Shown: piece after piece, positions 34,888 through 46,956 of the stretch
How the letters are laid out: every line of letters starts with the position of its first letter
Position numbering within the stretch: the first letter of the stretch is position 1
From: Isurus oxyrinchus
Lineage: Eukaryota
DNA length: 64,000 nt
Assembly (NCBI GenBank): GCA_026770705.1
Contig: JANJGN010000010.1
Location: 1,364,001 to 1,428,000 of the forward strand
Reading direction: 5' to 3'
Made by a program: the position numbers and the translations under genes
The notes under the pieces: model-generated
What the model saw: only the letters and a program-made list of their open reading frames with translations
Told to the model about the DNA's origin: nothing
Databases searched by the model: none

Positions 34888-36140
34888 TATCATGTTTAAC
34901 CAATTTATTGGAGTTCTTGAAGGAGGCCCATATACTGTGGATAAAGGGGAACCGATGGATGTACTTTGATTTCAAGAAGGCATTTGATGAGATGCCACAT
35001 CAAAGGTTATTGCAGAAAATAAAAGCTCATGGTGAAGAGGGTAACATATTGGCATGGATAGAAGATAGGCTGGCTAACAGGAAGCAGAGAGTTGACATAA
35101 ACGGGTCTTTTTTTGGTTGGCAGGAAGTGACAAGTGGTGTGCTACAGGGATCAGTGCTGGGGCCTCAACTTTTTACAATTTATATAAATGACTTGGATGA
35201 AAGGACCAAAGGAATGGTGGCTAAACTTGCTGATGACACAAAGATAGGTTGGAAAATAAATTGTGAAGAGGAACTAAGGAGACTATAATGTGATATAGAT
35301 AGGTTAAGTGAGTGGGCAAAGATCTGGCAAATGGATTAAAATGTGGGCAAATGTGAAATCGTTTATTTTGGCAGGAAGAATAAAATTGAAGCTTGTTATT
35401 TAAATGGTGAGAGACTGCAGAGCTCTAAGCTTCAGAGGGATCTGGGTGTCCTAGTGCATGAATCACAGAAGGTTAGTATGCATGTACAGCAGGTAATTAG
35501 GTAAGCTAATAGATAATTTATTGTGAGGGGAATTGAATACAAAAGTAGGGAGGTTTTGCTTCAGTTGTACAGGGCATTGGTGAGACCACATCTGGAGTAT
35601 TGGTCTCCTTATTTAAAGAAAGATGTAAATGCATTAGAAGCAGTACAGAGAAGGTTTACTAGACTAATACCAGGAATGGGTGGGTTATCTTATGAGGAAA
35701 GGCTGGACAGGTTAGGCTCGTATCCACTGGAATTTAGAAGAGTAAAAGGCAATTTAATTGAAACCTTTCAGATCCTGAGGGGTCTTGACAGGGTGGATGT
35801 GGAGAGGATGTTTCGACTTGTGGGAGAATCTAGAATTAGGGGTCACTGTTTAAAAATAAGGGGTCGCCCATTTGACAGAGATGAGGATTTTTTTCTCTCA
35901 GAGGGTAGTGAGTCTTTGGAACTCCCTTCTTCAAAAGGAGGTAGAAGCAGAGTCTTTGAATATTTTTAAGGCAGAACTAGCTAGAGTCTTGATTAACAAG
36001 GGGGTGATAGGTTATCGGGGGGTAGGCAGGAATGTGGGGTTGAGGTGACGTTCAGATCAGCCATGATCTTATTGAAGATTGAAGGCAGGCAGGCTCAAGG
36101 GTCCAAGTGGCCTACTGCTGCTCCTAATTTGTATGTTCAT
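34888..36140 (+). mobile_element. CR1 LINE RT and 3' end
   Basis: CLTNLLEF, DFKKAFD, GVLQGSVLGP, ADDTK, VRPHLEY. Confidence 0.88.
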
Positions 36141-36168
36141 ATGTAAGTTGGGGCTGACCCCCATCATC

Positions 36169-37253
36169 TTCTTGCTGCCTAATTAAAGTGTACTGTATTG
36201 AACCACTGAAAGCATGATGTGGGTTCACTTGACACAGCCAGGGAGATGGCATCGTCCTGCCACCACTATCTGATACAGATATTCTGCAGCAATGTAGTTA
36301 GCTGACAAGACTCAGTGGATGAATGGTGAACCGTGCCATGTTCATTATCCCATCCACTTCCCTCTTGCCATCCATCCATCCCTTCACCAAATCCCTCACA
36401 GCTGCACACTGTCACAGCATAACAGTGTGACTAATAGGGAGGAAACCAGTAGGGATATCAGTGGTCATGGAGCGCAGCACGCTACCTTGGAATGACAGCT
36501 GCAACATGCATGGCACCTAGCATTTGCACAGAGCATTTTAACAGTAATCATTGATGATTTCCAGAAAATGGTTAGTGTATGTAAGCACAGAAAAGTGAAT
36601 GAGAGCACTGTAATCTGAATGGCTCACAATCCTTTTTACCTTACATTTTTATTGATAGGATGTCAAACAGAGGAGATGTGGGGAAAGGGATGGGTCCAGC
36701 TGCCCCATGATTTTCTGATCAGGACCTTCAGGTGTTAGCGGAAGAGGTTCAGAGGAGGAGATTTATCCTGTAGCTTGCTGGTCCTCAGTATCCACCTGCC
36801 ACAACCAAGAAAGCCTGAATGCAATTTGCAGCCAGGGTGAACGCAGCAGGAGAGCATGAGCATTCTGGATTCAGTGCAGAAAAAGGTTCAATGACCTGCT
36901 ACATTCTGGCAACGTTAGTAGCTTGACTCATCCACACAGAGGTCTATGGGAAGGGTCATATCTGCATGCTGCAGCTACGGTGCAAGACCTGGCACATACC
37001 TCTGCTTTAGCTTTGATGCTTGTATGTGTAAGCAGCTCATGTAGGTACATGGAGAACAGATGTGAAAGAGCACTGTGATGCACAGACACGATGAAGAGAA
37101 ATTTCACTGCATTCACGAGATATCAGTTAACATTAATTCAGGTTGTTGTTGCAGTCGAAAAAGGGTGAAGAACACTAAGGAGATGGCCCGGTCTGGGGTG
37201 GGTCAGCCTGGCTGAGAACAATTCACTCAGTTGAATAACTGGCCATGGAGATT
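36169..37253 (+). repeat. Left arm of a 1085-bp inverted duplication (contains decayed Harbinger Myb/SANT exon)
   Basis: Reverse complement of 40839-41923 with few substitutions. Confidence 0.92.
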
Positions 37254-40200
37254 GCCAGGATCCTTGAGCAACTGTTAGTGATGGTAAATCACTGGTAGCA
37301 GTTGACAAAGGCAGTGTTAAAATCACCTTAGCACATGGTAGTAATGGTAGAGGTCATGATGTCAGTTCACTGAGCACAATGGGACCTGTGGACAGGGAGT
37401 GCAAGGATGGTGTTATGTGATAAGGGCAGCACGAGCATGGTTAAAGACAGTGACATGCATCAGAGTGTGCTTTCACAATGGAATGGTTATACCTAAATAT
37501 CTCACTGTGTCCCACACAGGTCTCAACTTTGCTTGCTCACCATCCCCCAGCAACCCCAGTCTACCTCATCCCTCAGGTATCAGGAGGGGGAAGAGATATC
37601 CAAGGGGGCAGCATCAGAGCTTACTAGCCCATACTCCGCCAACTCAGATACCAGTGCATCGGGGGAATGTAGCACATGTAGAGTCAGTGGCATAGGGTGA
37701 AAGTCACCGCATCAGAGTGCAGGAGGAGGAGTCAGAGTCAGAGATAGCAGTGTACAGTGCCCTTGGAGGAGGGAGGAAAGTCACAATGATGCTCCAGTGG
37801 GAAGGAACATAGAGCCTCAAAAGTTACCTTTTGGGACACAATATTTGCCCAATCAGCAGCCGATGTATGCACATCTGCAGAGTTCCCTGAGGCAGTGGGA
37901 GCTGTAAGACTGCAAAAAGAGGAGTCCATTACCATTCTGAGCTCCACATTGGCTCAGGGACTCATCTCCATCAGCTCCGATCATGAGAGATTGGCCACAC
38001 ATGCAGCAATACTCAGAGTGGATGCAAGAGCAGCGATTTAGCCAGGCTCCCTCAGTAGCCTGCATCAGTCCAGGGTATGAGCACTGTCATCACACTGTTG
38101 AAATGGTGGCTGTTGGAACAGACAACTGCTACACATCTGCAGCCAGCTCCAACAGCCACACGTGAAGGCCAACCCAGGGCTGTGGAGGTAACTGAGGAGG
38201 GTGAAGGTACCAGAAGCTTCTCAACACTCTCATTTTCTTCCACATCACCAGTCTCTCCGTCAGATCCCTCGTCTGCTCCACAGCTGCCAGTGACCACGGC
38301 TGCCCATGCAGAGATGCAGAGGCCACAGACTGAAGGTCCCCAAACGGGTGCCTGCACAATGAAGCCACATATAGGCCAAGAAGTGAGCAGCCTGCCTCTG
38401 AGGCAACATGGGGGGAGCATTGTAGGAGTGTGCATGAGCGCAGGGCACCTAGAGCACTAATGGGTTCACCGTGGTTACACTTTTCACATTGAGCACTTCT
38501 TGAATGAATTTACTTACACATGTATGGAGCTCGGTGTATGTTTGTACACTACAGACCTCCCCTCCTGGCCATGCCTCGCAGCTCCTCTTCATTCGCAACC
38601 TCCTCATCTTCATCCAGTTCTGAATCGTCAAAATGGACAGGGGCTCCTCATTTTCCTTCTCCTCAAGAGTTTGGAGCTCTGCCCATGGCCTCGTATTCAT
38701 TGATTTGCATGCCCCTTCACTGCACAATGTTGTGCAGCATGCAGCTCACCATTACTATTCTTGATACCCTTGCTGGAGCATATTGCAGACCTCCACCTGA
38801 GCAATGGAGACACGTGAAGCACGTTTATAAAATGCCAATTGCCTGCTCAATGGTGCACCCGGTAACAACATGGCTGCTATTGTAGTTGCACTCTGCCTCC
38901 ATCTAAAGGGGGTCTTTAGCCAGGTTCTTAAGGAGTAGCCCTTGTCCCTGAGAAGCCAACCACTGATCTGTGTTGGTGGCTGAAATAGCTGAGAGAGCTA
39001 GGAACTACTTAGTCTACAAACATATGAACTAGGAGCAGGAGTAGGCCACTCAGCCCTTCGAGTCTGCTCCACCATTCAATTAGATCATGGCTGATCTGAC
39101 TGTAACCTCCCACCTACCCTGGTAAACCTTCATCCCATTGTCTATCAAGGATCTGCCTTGGAAACATTCAAAGACTCTGCTTCCACTGCATTTTGATGAA
39201 GGAAGTTCCAAAGACTCACTACCACCTGAGAGGAAAAAATAGCTCTCGCCCTTATTTTTAAACCCATAGTTCTAGATTCTCCCACAAGAGGAAACATCCT
39301 TTCCACATCCACCCAGTCAAGATCCCTCAGGATCTTATATGTTTCAATCAAGTCACCTCTTACTCATCTAAACTCTAGCGGATACAAGCCTAGCCTGTCC
39401 AATCTTTCCATATAAGGCAACTACCCATTCCTGATTTTAGTCTAGTAAATCTTCTCTGGACTATTTCTAATGTATTTACATCCTTCCCTAAATAAGGAGG
39501 CCAATACTGTACAAAGTACTCCAAATGTGGTCCCACCGGTGTCCTGTACAACTGAAGCATAGCCTCACAATTTTTGTATTCAGTTCCCTTTGCAATGCAA
39601 TGAACAATAACATTCTATTAGCTTTCCTAATTACCCCTTGTACCTGCATACTATACTTTTGTGACTCATGCACTAGGACACCCAGAACCCGCTTAACCTC
39701 AGAGCTCTGCAATTTCTCACCATTTAAATAATATGCTTCTTTTTGGACAATTTCCCATTTGCCCACATTATACTCCATTTGCCAGATCTTTGCCCACTCA
39801 CTTAATCTATCTATGTCATTTTGTAGCCTCATGTCTTCTTCAAAACTAACTTTCCTACCTATCTTTGTATCATCAGCAAATTTAGCAACCACCCCTTTGA
39901 TCCCAAATGATGAGTTGGAGCCTTTATGGCAACTGGGTTGCAATCAATAACACCGTGCACATGAGGGAAGCCTGCTAATTGGGCAAAGGCTGTGGCTCGC
40001 TGCGTCTGAGATGCAAAATCTACAGGGAAATTGATGTGTTCCCCAATACGAGCAAACAGGGCACTATTTACTGCCTTAATGCAGCTGTGTGCTGCTGGCT
40101 GGGATATACCAGACAGGTCTCTGGATGATCCCTAGAAAGATCCTGAGACAAAAAAATTGAGAGCAGTGGTCATCTTCACAGCCACTGGCAGGGCATGGGG

Positions 40201-40500
40201 TTCACCATCTCAGTCACCTTTGGCACTGGTTCTCTGTCATATTGAGGTAAGATGTACGCCCTTCCCACGGGGTAGTACCTACTTGTCCTGCCTCTCCTCA
40301 TCCTTTCTGATGCGAGGGCAGCAGCCTCTGCCTCCTGTCCCTCTGCCCTCCCTCTGGCCACCAGCTGCTCACGGTGACTCACTCACTCTATCTACGAGGG
40401 TGCCATACCCATCTTGTATCTTTCACACAAAGTGCAATGCACATCCTCAAGTATGAAGTTCTTCCTGGCACCTAGATGCACGAGTCAGTAGGGGCAAAAA
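36680..40500. mobile_element. Decayed PIF/Harbinger transposon (Myb/SANT gene plus, transposase minus), interrupted by CR1
   Basis: Plus ~36700-36910: FSDQDLQVLAEEVQRR...WIQCRKRFNDL. Minus ~38720-38890: YNSSH...IEQAIGIL...GGGLQY...CMLHN. Minus ~39920-39980: AGFPHVHGVIDCNPVAIKAP. Confidence 0.7.
39020..39900 (-). mobile_element. CR1 LINE 3' fragment
   Basis: KFADDTK..LSEWAKIWQMEYNVGK. Confidence 0.85.
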
Positions 40501-40838
40501 AAGATTGCCCTGCTAGCCCACCAGCCCCACCCTCCTACTCCCTTGGCTTAAGGCAAGACAGTTGGTATTGAGTTTGTGCCAATTCTGGACAGTGAAGACA
40601 AGTTTAAAGCTAATTCCATAGCAGTAGCTACAACGGGTACCCTGGCTATCCAAAGAAATGCACAAAATTCAGACCTGTTCTTACCAGGTCTTCTGTGTAC
40701 ACTTCGGGATCCATGCTTGGAGTCTACCAAAATCCCACTGGAGTACGGCAGCTGTTGATGTAAATGGCCAGCTGCCTCCAAGAAACACTCCATGCCATTC
40801 CTGCCCCCTTAAAAATGGGAAGTGCCGTGTTCAGGGGT

Positions 40839-41923
40839 AATCTCCATGGCCAGTTATTCAACTGAGTGAATTGTTCTCAGCCAGGCTGACCCACCCCAGA
40901 CCGGGCCATCTCCTTAGTGTTCTTCACCCTTTTTCGACTGCAACAACAACCTGAATTAATGTTAACTGATATCTCGTGAATGCAGCGAAATTTCTCTTCA
41001 TCGTGTCTGTGCATCACAGTACTCTTTCACATCTGTTTTCCATGTACCTACATGAGCTGCTTACACATACAAGCATCAAAGCTAAAGCAGAGGTATGTGC
41101 CAGGTCTTGCACCGTAGCTGCAGCATGCAGATATGACCCTTCCCATAGACCTCTGTGTGGATGAGTCAAGCTACTAACGTTGCCAGAATGTAGCAGGTCA
41201 TTGAACCTTTTCCTGCACTGAATCCAGAATGCTCATGCTCTCCTGCTGCGTTCACCCCGGCTGCAAATTACATTCAGGCTTTCTTGGTTGTGGCAGGTGG
41301 ATACTGAGGGCCAGCAAGCTCCAGGATAAATCTCCTCCTCTGAACCTCTTCCGCTAACACCTGAAGGTCCTGATCAGAAAATCATGGGGCAGCTGGACCC
41401 ATCCCTTTCCCCACATCTCCTCTGTTTGACATCCTATCAATAAAAATGTAAGGTAAAAAGGGTTGTGAGCCATTCAGATTACAGTGCTCTCATTCACTTT
41501 TCTGTGCTTACATACACTAACCATTTTCTGGAAATCATCAATGATTACTGTTAAAATGCTCTGTGCAAATGCTAGGTGCCATGCATGTTGCAGCTGTCAT
41601 TCCAAGGTAGCGTGCTGCGCTCCACGACCACTGATATCCCTACTGGTTTCCTCCCTATTAGTCACACTGTTATGCTGTGACAGTGTGCAGCTGTGAGGGA
41701 TTTGGTGAAGGGATGGATGGATGGCAAGAGGGAAGTGGATGGGATAATGAACATGGCATGGTTCACCATTCATCCACTGAGTCTTGTCAGCTAACTACAT
41801 TGCTGCAGAATATCTGTATCAGATAGTGGTGGCAGGATGATGCCATCTCCCTGGCTGTGTCATGTGAACCCACACCATGCTTTCAGTGGTTCAATACAGT
41901 ACACTTTAATTAGGCAGCAAGAA
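40839..41923 (-). repeat. Right arm of the 1085-bp inverted duplication
   Basis: ORFs 36928-37116(-) and 40976-41164(+) translate almost identically. Confidence 0.92.
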
Positions 41924-42094
41924 TGACAATTCTCCCATGGGAAAGCCCATGATAGGCCATCTGTTCCAGGGTCAGCTAACAGGTGAACAACATTAACAAT
42001 TTGGACACTCACCTGACAAGTCAATGACCTTTCCTCTGAGGCACAGGAACTTCACCATGGACGACTGACTTCTCAAATGAGCTTTTCTGAAGGC

Positions 42095-42400
42095 ATTGCT
42101 GAAAAAAGAGACATTTTTTGTTGAAGTTTTTCACCTTGCACTCATCAGGACAATTTGCAAGAAAATACCAATGTCAACATATTTATACTGTATGAGAAGA
42201 AAGTGCTGATTGGTTAGCAAGTGGACTCTGATTGGTAGAGACATTGCCATGGAAAATGCACCAGTTGATGGTGACTGAGAGTTAACTGCCAAGCATTGTT
42301 TGAAATTTTAACCAAGCAGTTTGACTCTGATTGGTCAAGACATTGTGCTGAGGAATAAATCATCGAATGGTTGTCTCTTATTTTGTTTAACAGAAACAGG
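42095..42400 (-). mobile_element. Second hammerhead-bearing short repeat family (motif 42119-42153, CUGAUGA)
   Basis: Minus strand UUGUC-CUGAUGA-GU-GCAAG-GU-GAAA-AACUUC-AACA. A homologous copy lies at 11243-11475. Confidence 0.55.
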
Positions 42401-42879
42401 CACAGTGTGTGGTATTGTGGCAGGACTGCAGAGCGGGCAGCCCAGTTTTAATGAAACTTCATCCAAGGGTGGGATAAAAATGGTCTGCAGCATCGCCATT
42501 GTGAATAGTGAGGAGTTTAGGAGATAGCTTGCTGCTGGTTGCTTATGTGAACTTGACAGCTTTATCTCTGTCCTGGGCTTCTGAGCATTTCTGGGCTTCA
42601 TTTCAGGACTCATTGGTGTCTCCAAGGCCCCTGGAAAATTTTGACCATGTGGACCCTTCCAGGCATCAGGCAGCCCTCTGCAGCCTGGTAATGGGGATTG
42701 TGGTCTCCGCTAGTGGCACCACCTCTGGGGAGGAAGAGAGGGGTAGAAGGGAGAGGAGGCCAGGTGTCCCAATGCAGCTTCCAGGGGAAGAGAGGTGGAG
42801 ACACAAGGGGGGCAGGGCCAGCAGGTAGTCCAAGGTGGAAGGGGTCACAGAAGATGCCACTATCCTGCTGCCAGGGTTT

Positions 42880-43268
42880 ACAGTCAGCGATGCAGCTACT
42901 TTAATATGTCTGAGTTGCAGTGCTGAAGGAGGCTCCGTTTCTCCGGGGAGACTGTGACCTCAATTTGTCAGATGATTGGGCCTGAGGTCAACTCCAATTG
43001 TGTGGGTGGACATGCCAGTGGCTCTGAAGGTCACAGTGGCCCTCAACATCTATGCCTCCGGCTCTTTCTAGGGGTCTGTGGGATATCTTTGTGGGGTCTC
43101 CCAATCAGCTGTCCACAGCTGGTGACTGATGCTCTGTTCAGGAGGGTTTATTCATTACTGTATGGATGGGGCCAGCCAGGCTGAGGGAACCAGAGGGTTT
43201 GCAGCGATTGCTGGTTCCCCCATGTCCAGGATGCAATCGACAGCACACATGTGGCCATCAAGGCACCG
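42880..43268 (+). pseudogene. Harbinger (HARBI1-like) transposase N-terminal fragment
   Basis: KVTVALNIYASGSF..GYLCGVSQSAVH and G.PHVQDAIDSTHVAIKAP with frameshifts. Confidence 0.7.
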
Positions 43269-43269
43269 G

Positions 43270-44360
43270 TGAGGAAATATCATCTCTGCATCCAGTCTGT
43301 CCGCCCCTGTCAGAATTTTATACGTTTCAAAGAGATCCTCTCTCATTCTTCTAATCTCCAGTGAATATAGGCCTAGCCGGCCCAATCCCTTCTCATTTGA
43401 CAATCCTGCCATCCCAGGAATCAGTCTGGTGAACCTTCGCTGCACTCCCTCTATGACAAGTATGTCCTTTCTTAGGTAAGGAGACCAAAACTGCACACAA
43501 TACTCCAGGTGTGGCCTCACCAAGGGCCTATACAGCTGCAGTAAGACATCCTTGCTCCTGTACTCAAGTCCTCTTGCAATGAAGGCCAACATACCATTTG
43601 CCTTCTTAACTGTTCGCTGCACCTGCATGCTTGCTTTCAGTGATTGGTGTACAAGGACACCCAGGTCCCTTTATACATCAACATTTCCCAATCTTATCGT
43701 CATTTAAATAATACTCTGCCATTCTGTTTTTCCTATCAAAGTGGATAACTTCACACTTATCCATCTTATACTGCATCTGCCATGTATTTGCCCACTCACT
43801 CAACCTGTCTAATTAAAGGAAAATACTGCGGAGGCTGGAAATCTGAAATAAAAACAGAAAATGCTGGAAAAACTCAGCAGGTCTGTTAGCATCTGTGGAG
43901 AGAGAAACAGTTAACGTTTCAAGTCCATAGGACAGCTCTGAAGAAGAGTCAAACGCACTCGAAAATGTTAACTCTGTTTCTGCCTCCACAGATGTTGTCA
44001 GATCTGCTGAGTTTTTCCAGCATTTTCTGTTTTTAAATCACCTTGAAATCTCTTAACGCCTTCCTCATTGCTCATATTCCCACCAAGTTTCATGTCATCA
44101 GCAAACTTGTAAATATTACATTTAGTTCCCTCATTCAAATCATTGGTATATATTGTGAATAACTGGGGCCCAAGCACCGATCCCTGTGGTACCCCACTAG
44201 TCACCGCCTGCCACCCTGAAAAAGACCTGTTTATTCCTACTCGCTGTTTCTTGTCTGCTAACCAATTCTCAATCCATGCCAATATATGACCCCAATCCCA
44301 TGTGCTTTAATTACACACTAATCCCTTACGTGTGACTGTATCAAAAACTTTCTGAAAATT
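43270..44360 (-). mobile_element. CR1 LINE RT fragment (interrupted at 43813-44035)
   Basis: SGVPQGSVLGPQLFTIY, KFADD, VRPHLEYCVQFWSP. Confidence 0.88.
43813..44035. mobile_element. Older palindromic Penelope derivative inserted in CR1; hammerhead at 43934-43973 (plus, CUGAAGA)
   Basis: Inverted arms aaaaacagaaaatgctggaaaaactcagcag / ctgctgagtttttccagcattttctgttttt, tail on the left, CUGAAGA-A-GAGU..ACUC-GAAA. Confidence 0.75.
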
Positions 44361-44619
44361 ACTTTTTTGATTTCTTTCTTATTTCATACTGTATGTTAAT
44401 AAGCTTTGCCTTTTTACTTGACAAGTCTACTTTTATAATAAGTTAACAATTTTGTTCTTCATTGAAGAAATCTGGGCATAGCGTAGTCATTCTGAGGTTC
44501 ATAGGGAAGCACATATTTGGCCGTATAGCTTGCTGGAGAAATCATTTAAACGTATGTTGTGACCTGTGGTGTAGTGGAACTAGAGACGGACAGTGCACTC
44601 CTCCATTCGTGGCGGTAAC

Positions 44620-46010
44620 AGCCTCTACTACCCTTTTAGGCAGTGAGCCCAAGACCCCACAACTCTCTAGATAAAAGAAAATCCTCATCTCCCCTCTGAT
44701 CTTTCTACCAATCACTTTAAGTCTATGCCCCCTAGTCACTGGCCTCTCTGCTAAAGTAAATAGGCCCTTCCCATCCACTGTATCCAGGCCCCTCACAATT
44801 TTGTACATCTTAATCAAATCTCCCCTCAGCCTCCTCTGTTCCAATGAGAATAACCAGAGCCTATCCAACCTTTTCCCCTTGCTGCAATTTTTCAGTTCTA
44901 GCGACATCCTTGTAAACCTTCTCTGTACCCTCTTTAGTGTAACTACATCCTCCCTGTAGTGAGGTGACCAGAACTGCACACAGTACTCAAGTTGTGACCT
45001 AAATAATGTTTATTTAGTCCCAGCATAACCTCTCTAATCTTAAATTCAATGCCTTGGCTAATCAATGAAAGGATTCCATTTGGCTTCTTAACCAAGTCAT
45101 CAACTTGCCTGGCTACCTTCAGGGATCTGTGGGCATTCATTCTAAGGTCCCACACTTTGTCTACACCTCTCAGAATCCTCCTATTTATCGTGTAATCCTT
45201 TGCCTTGTTTTACCTCCCCAGATGCAACACCTCACACTTTTCTGGGTTGAATTCTATTTGCCATATTTCTGCCCACCTGACCAGTCCATTGATATCTTCC
45301 TGCAGTCTACAGCAACCCTCCTCCGTGCAGCCAATTTTTGTATCGTCTGCAAACTTCTTGATCATTCCCCCTACATTTATGTTCAAATCATTAATATATA
45401 CCACAAAAAGCAGGGGCCTGAGTACTGAGCCCTGTGGAAGCCCACTGGAAACAGCCTTCCAGTCACATAAACACCCGTCAACAATTACCCTTTGTTTCCT
45501 GCCACTCAGCCAATTTTGTACCCAACTTGCTACATTCTCCTGGATCCCATGGACTGTTACCATGCACCTCACCTGTATCCAGTGAGGATTAAAAAATGAT
45601 GGTCAGACCTTCAGCTATTTCCTTCCTGGCTTCTTTTAACAGCCCGGGGTACATTTCATCGAGCTCTGGTGATTTATCCACTTCCAAGGATGCCAATACT
45701 TCCTCTCTCCCTATGTTTATCACATCCAAAACTTCATACTCCTCCTCCTTAACTACAATGTCTGCATTGTCCCCCTCTTTTATGAAGACAGATGCAAAAT
45801 ATTCATTAAGAACCATGCCCACATCCTCTGCCTCCACACATAGGTTACCTTTTATGGGCCCTATTCTCTCCTTAGTTATCCTCGTACTCTTAATGTATTG
45901 ATAAAACATTTTTAGATTCTCCTTGATTTTGCTTGCCGGTATCCTTCCATGCCCTCTCTTTGCTTTCCTAATTTCCTTTTTGATTTCACCCCTCTGCTTT
46001 CTATATTCTC
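44620..46010 (-). mobile_element. CR1 LINE fragment
   Basis: QFWSPHY, SGLPQGSVL, KFADDTK, LNEYFASVF. Confidence 0.85.
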
Positions 46011-46518
46011 CTCTCCAACTGCCTGGATGAGCGCAGCTCCAACAACACTCAAGAAGCTCAAAATCATCCAGGACAAAGCAGCCCACTTGATTGGCAGCCC
46101 ATCCACTCACTCCAACGTTCAATCCCTCCGTCACCAATGAACAGTGGCAGCAGTGTGCACCATCTACAAGATGCGCTGCAGGAACTCACCAAGGCTCCTT
46201 AGGCAGCACCTTCCAAACCTTTGACTTCTCCCAACCAGAAGGACAAGGGCAGCAGATAGGTGGGACATCACCACCTGGAAGTTCCTCTCCAAGCCCCTCA
46301 CCATCCTGACTTGGAAATATATCGCCGTTCCCTCCCTGCCATTGGATCAAAATCCTGGAACTCCCTCCCTAACAGCACTGTGGGTGTACCTACACCACAT
46401 GGACTGCAGTGGTTCAAGAAGGCAGCTCACCACCACCTTCTCAAGGGCAATTAGGGAAAGGCAATAAAAATGTTGGCCCAGCCAGCGATGCCCACATCCC
46501 ATGAAAGAATAAAGAAAA
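46010..46518 (+). mobile_element. L2/CR1-group LINE 3' end
   Basis: AWMSAAPTTLKKL; same 3' tail as ~31020-31075. Short tails of this family also at ~2425, ~3070 and ~25765. Confidence 0.8.
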
Positions 46519-46956
46519 GGCCCATGGACATCTTGGGAACCAGACTAAAATGTTGCAGGCAGTTAAGAAATTTCCCTCAAGCCTTCTCCACCAAAGACCT
46601 CTCAGGTCTTCAACTACGTTCCTGTTTAGAGTTCAGTTTTCAGATGTGAGGTTCAACTATGGCTTAAGCTTGTGCTGGGACTACGTCTAGGACAGGAAAA
46701 TTGCATCCTTCTTTGTAATGACAGATATATTGAGCCTGTTGTGCCACCAGTGGGCTCACAGAGAGGAAAGTGGACCCCTATTTCCTCTGGTGGGAAAGTC
46801 ATTACTGTTGTGCAGAAAGTGAGGAGAAAAATTAGAAGAAATTGTTTGATGCGGAAGATTCTTGGAACATGGAATGCCTTGATACAAGGAGCAGTTGTAA
46901 CTTGAGCAGTTGCTTTAAGAAAGAGTTGATAAATAATTGAAACCAAGGAAGATATA

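Noticed and set aside
36169-41923. 1085-bp arms as TIRs of a large DNA transposon
   Set aside because: The arms contain internal decayed coding sequence, lack typical termini and a TSD, and look far younger than the enclosed transposase remnants.
42880-43268. Domesticated HARBI1 gene
   Set aside because: Frameshifted, contains stops and is truncated by CR1; a transposon fossil.
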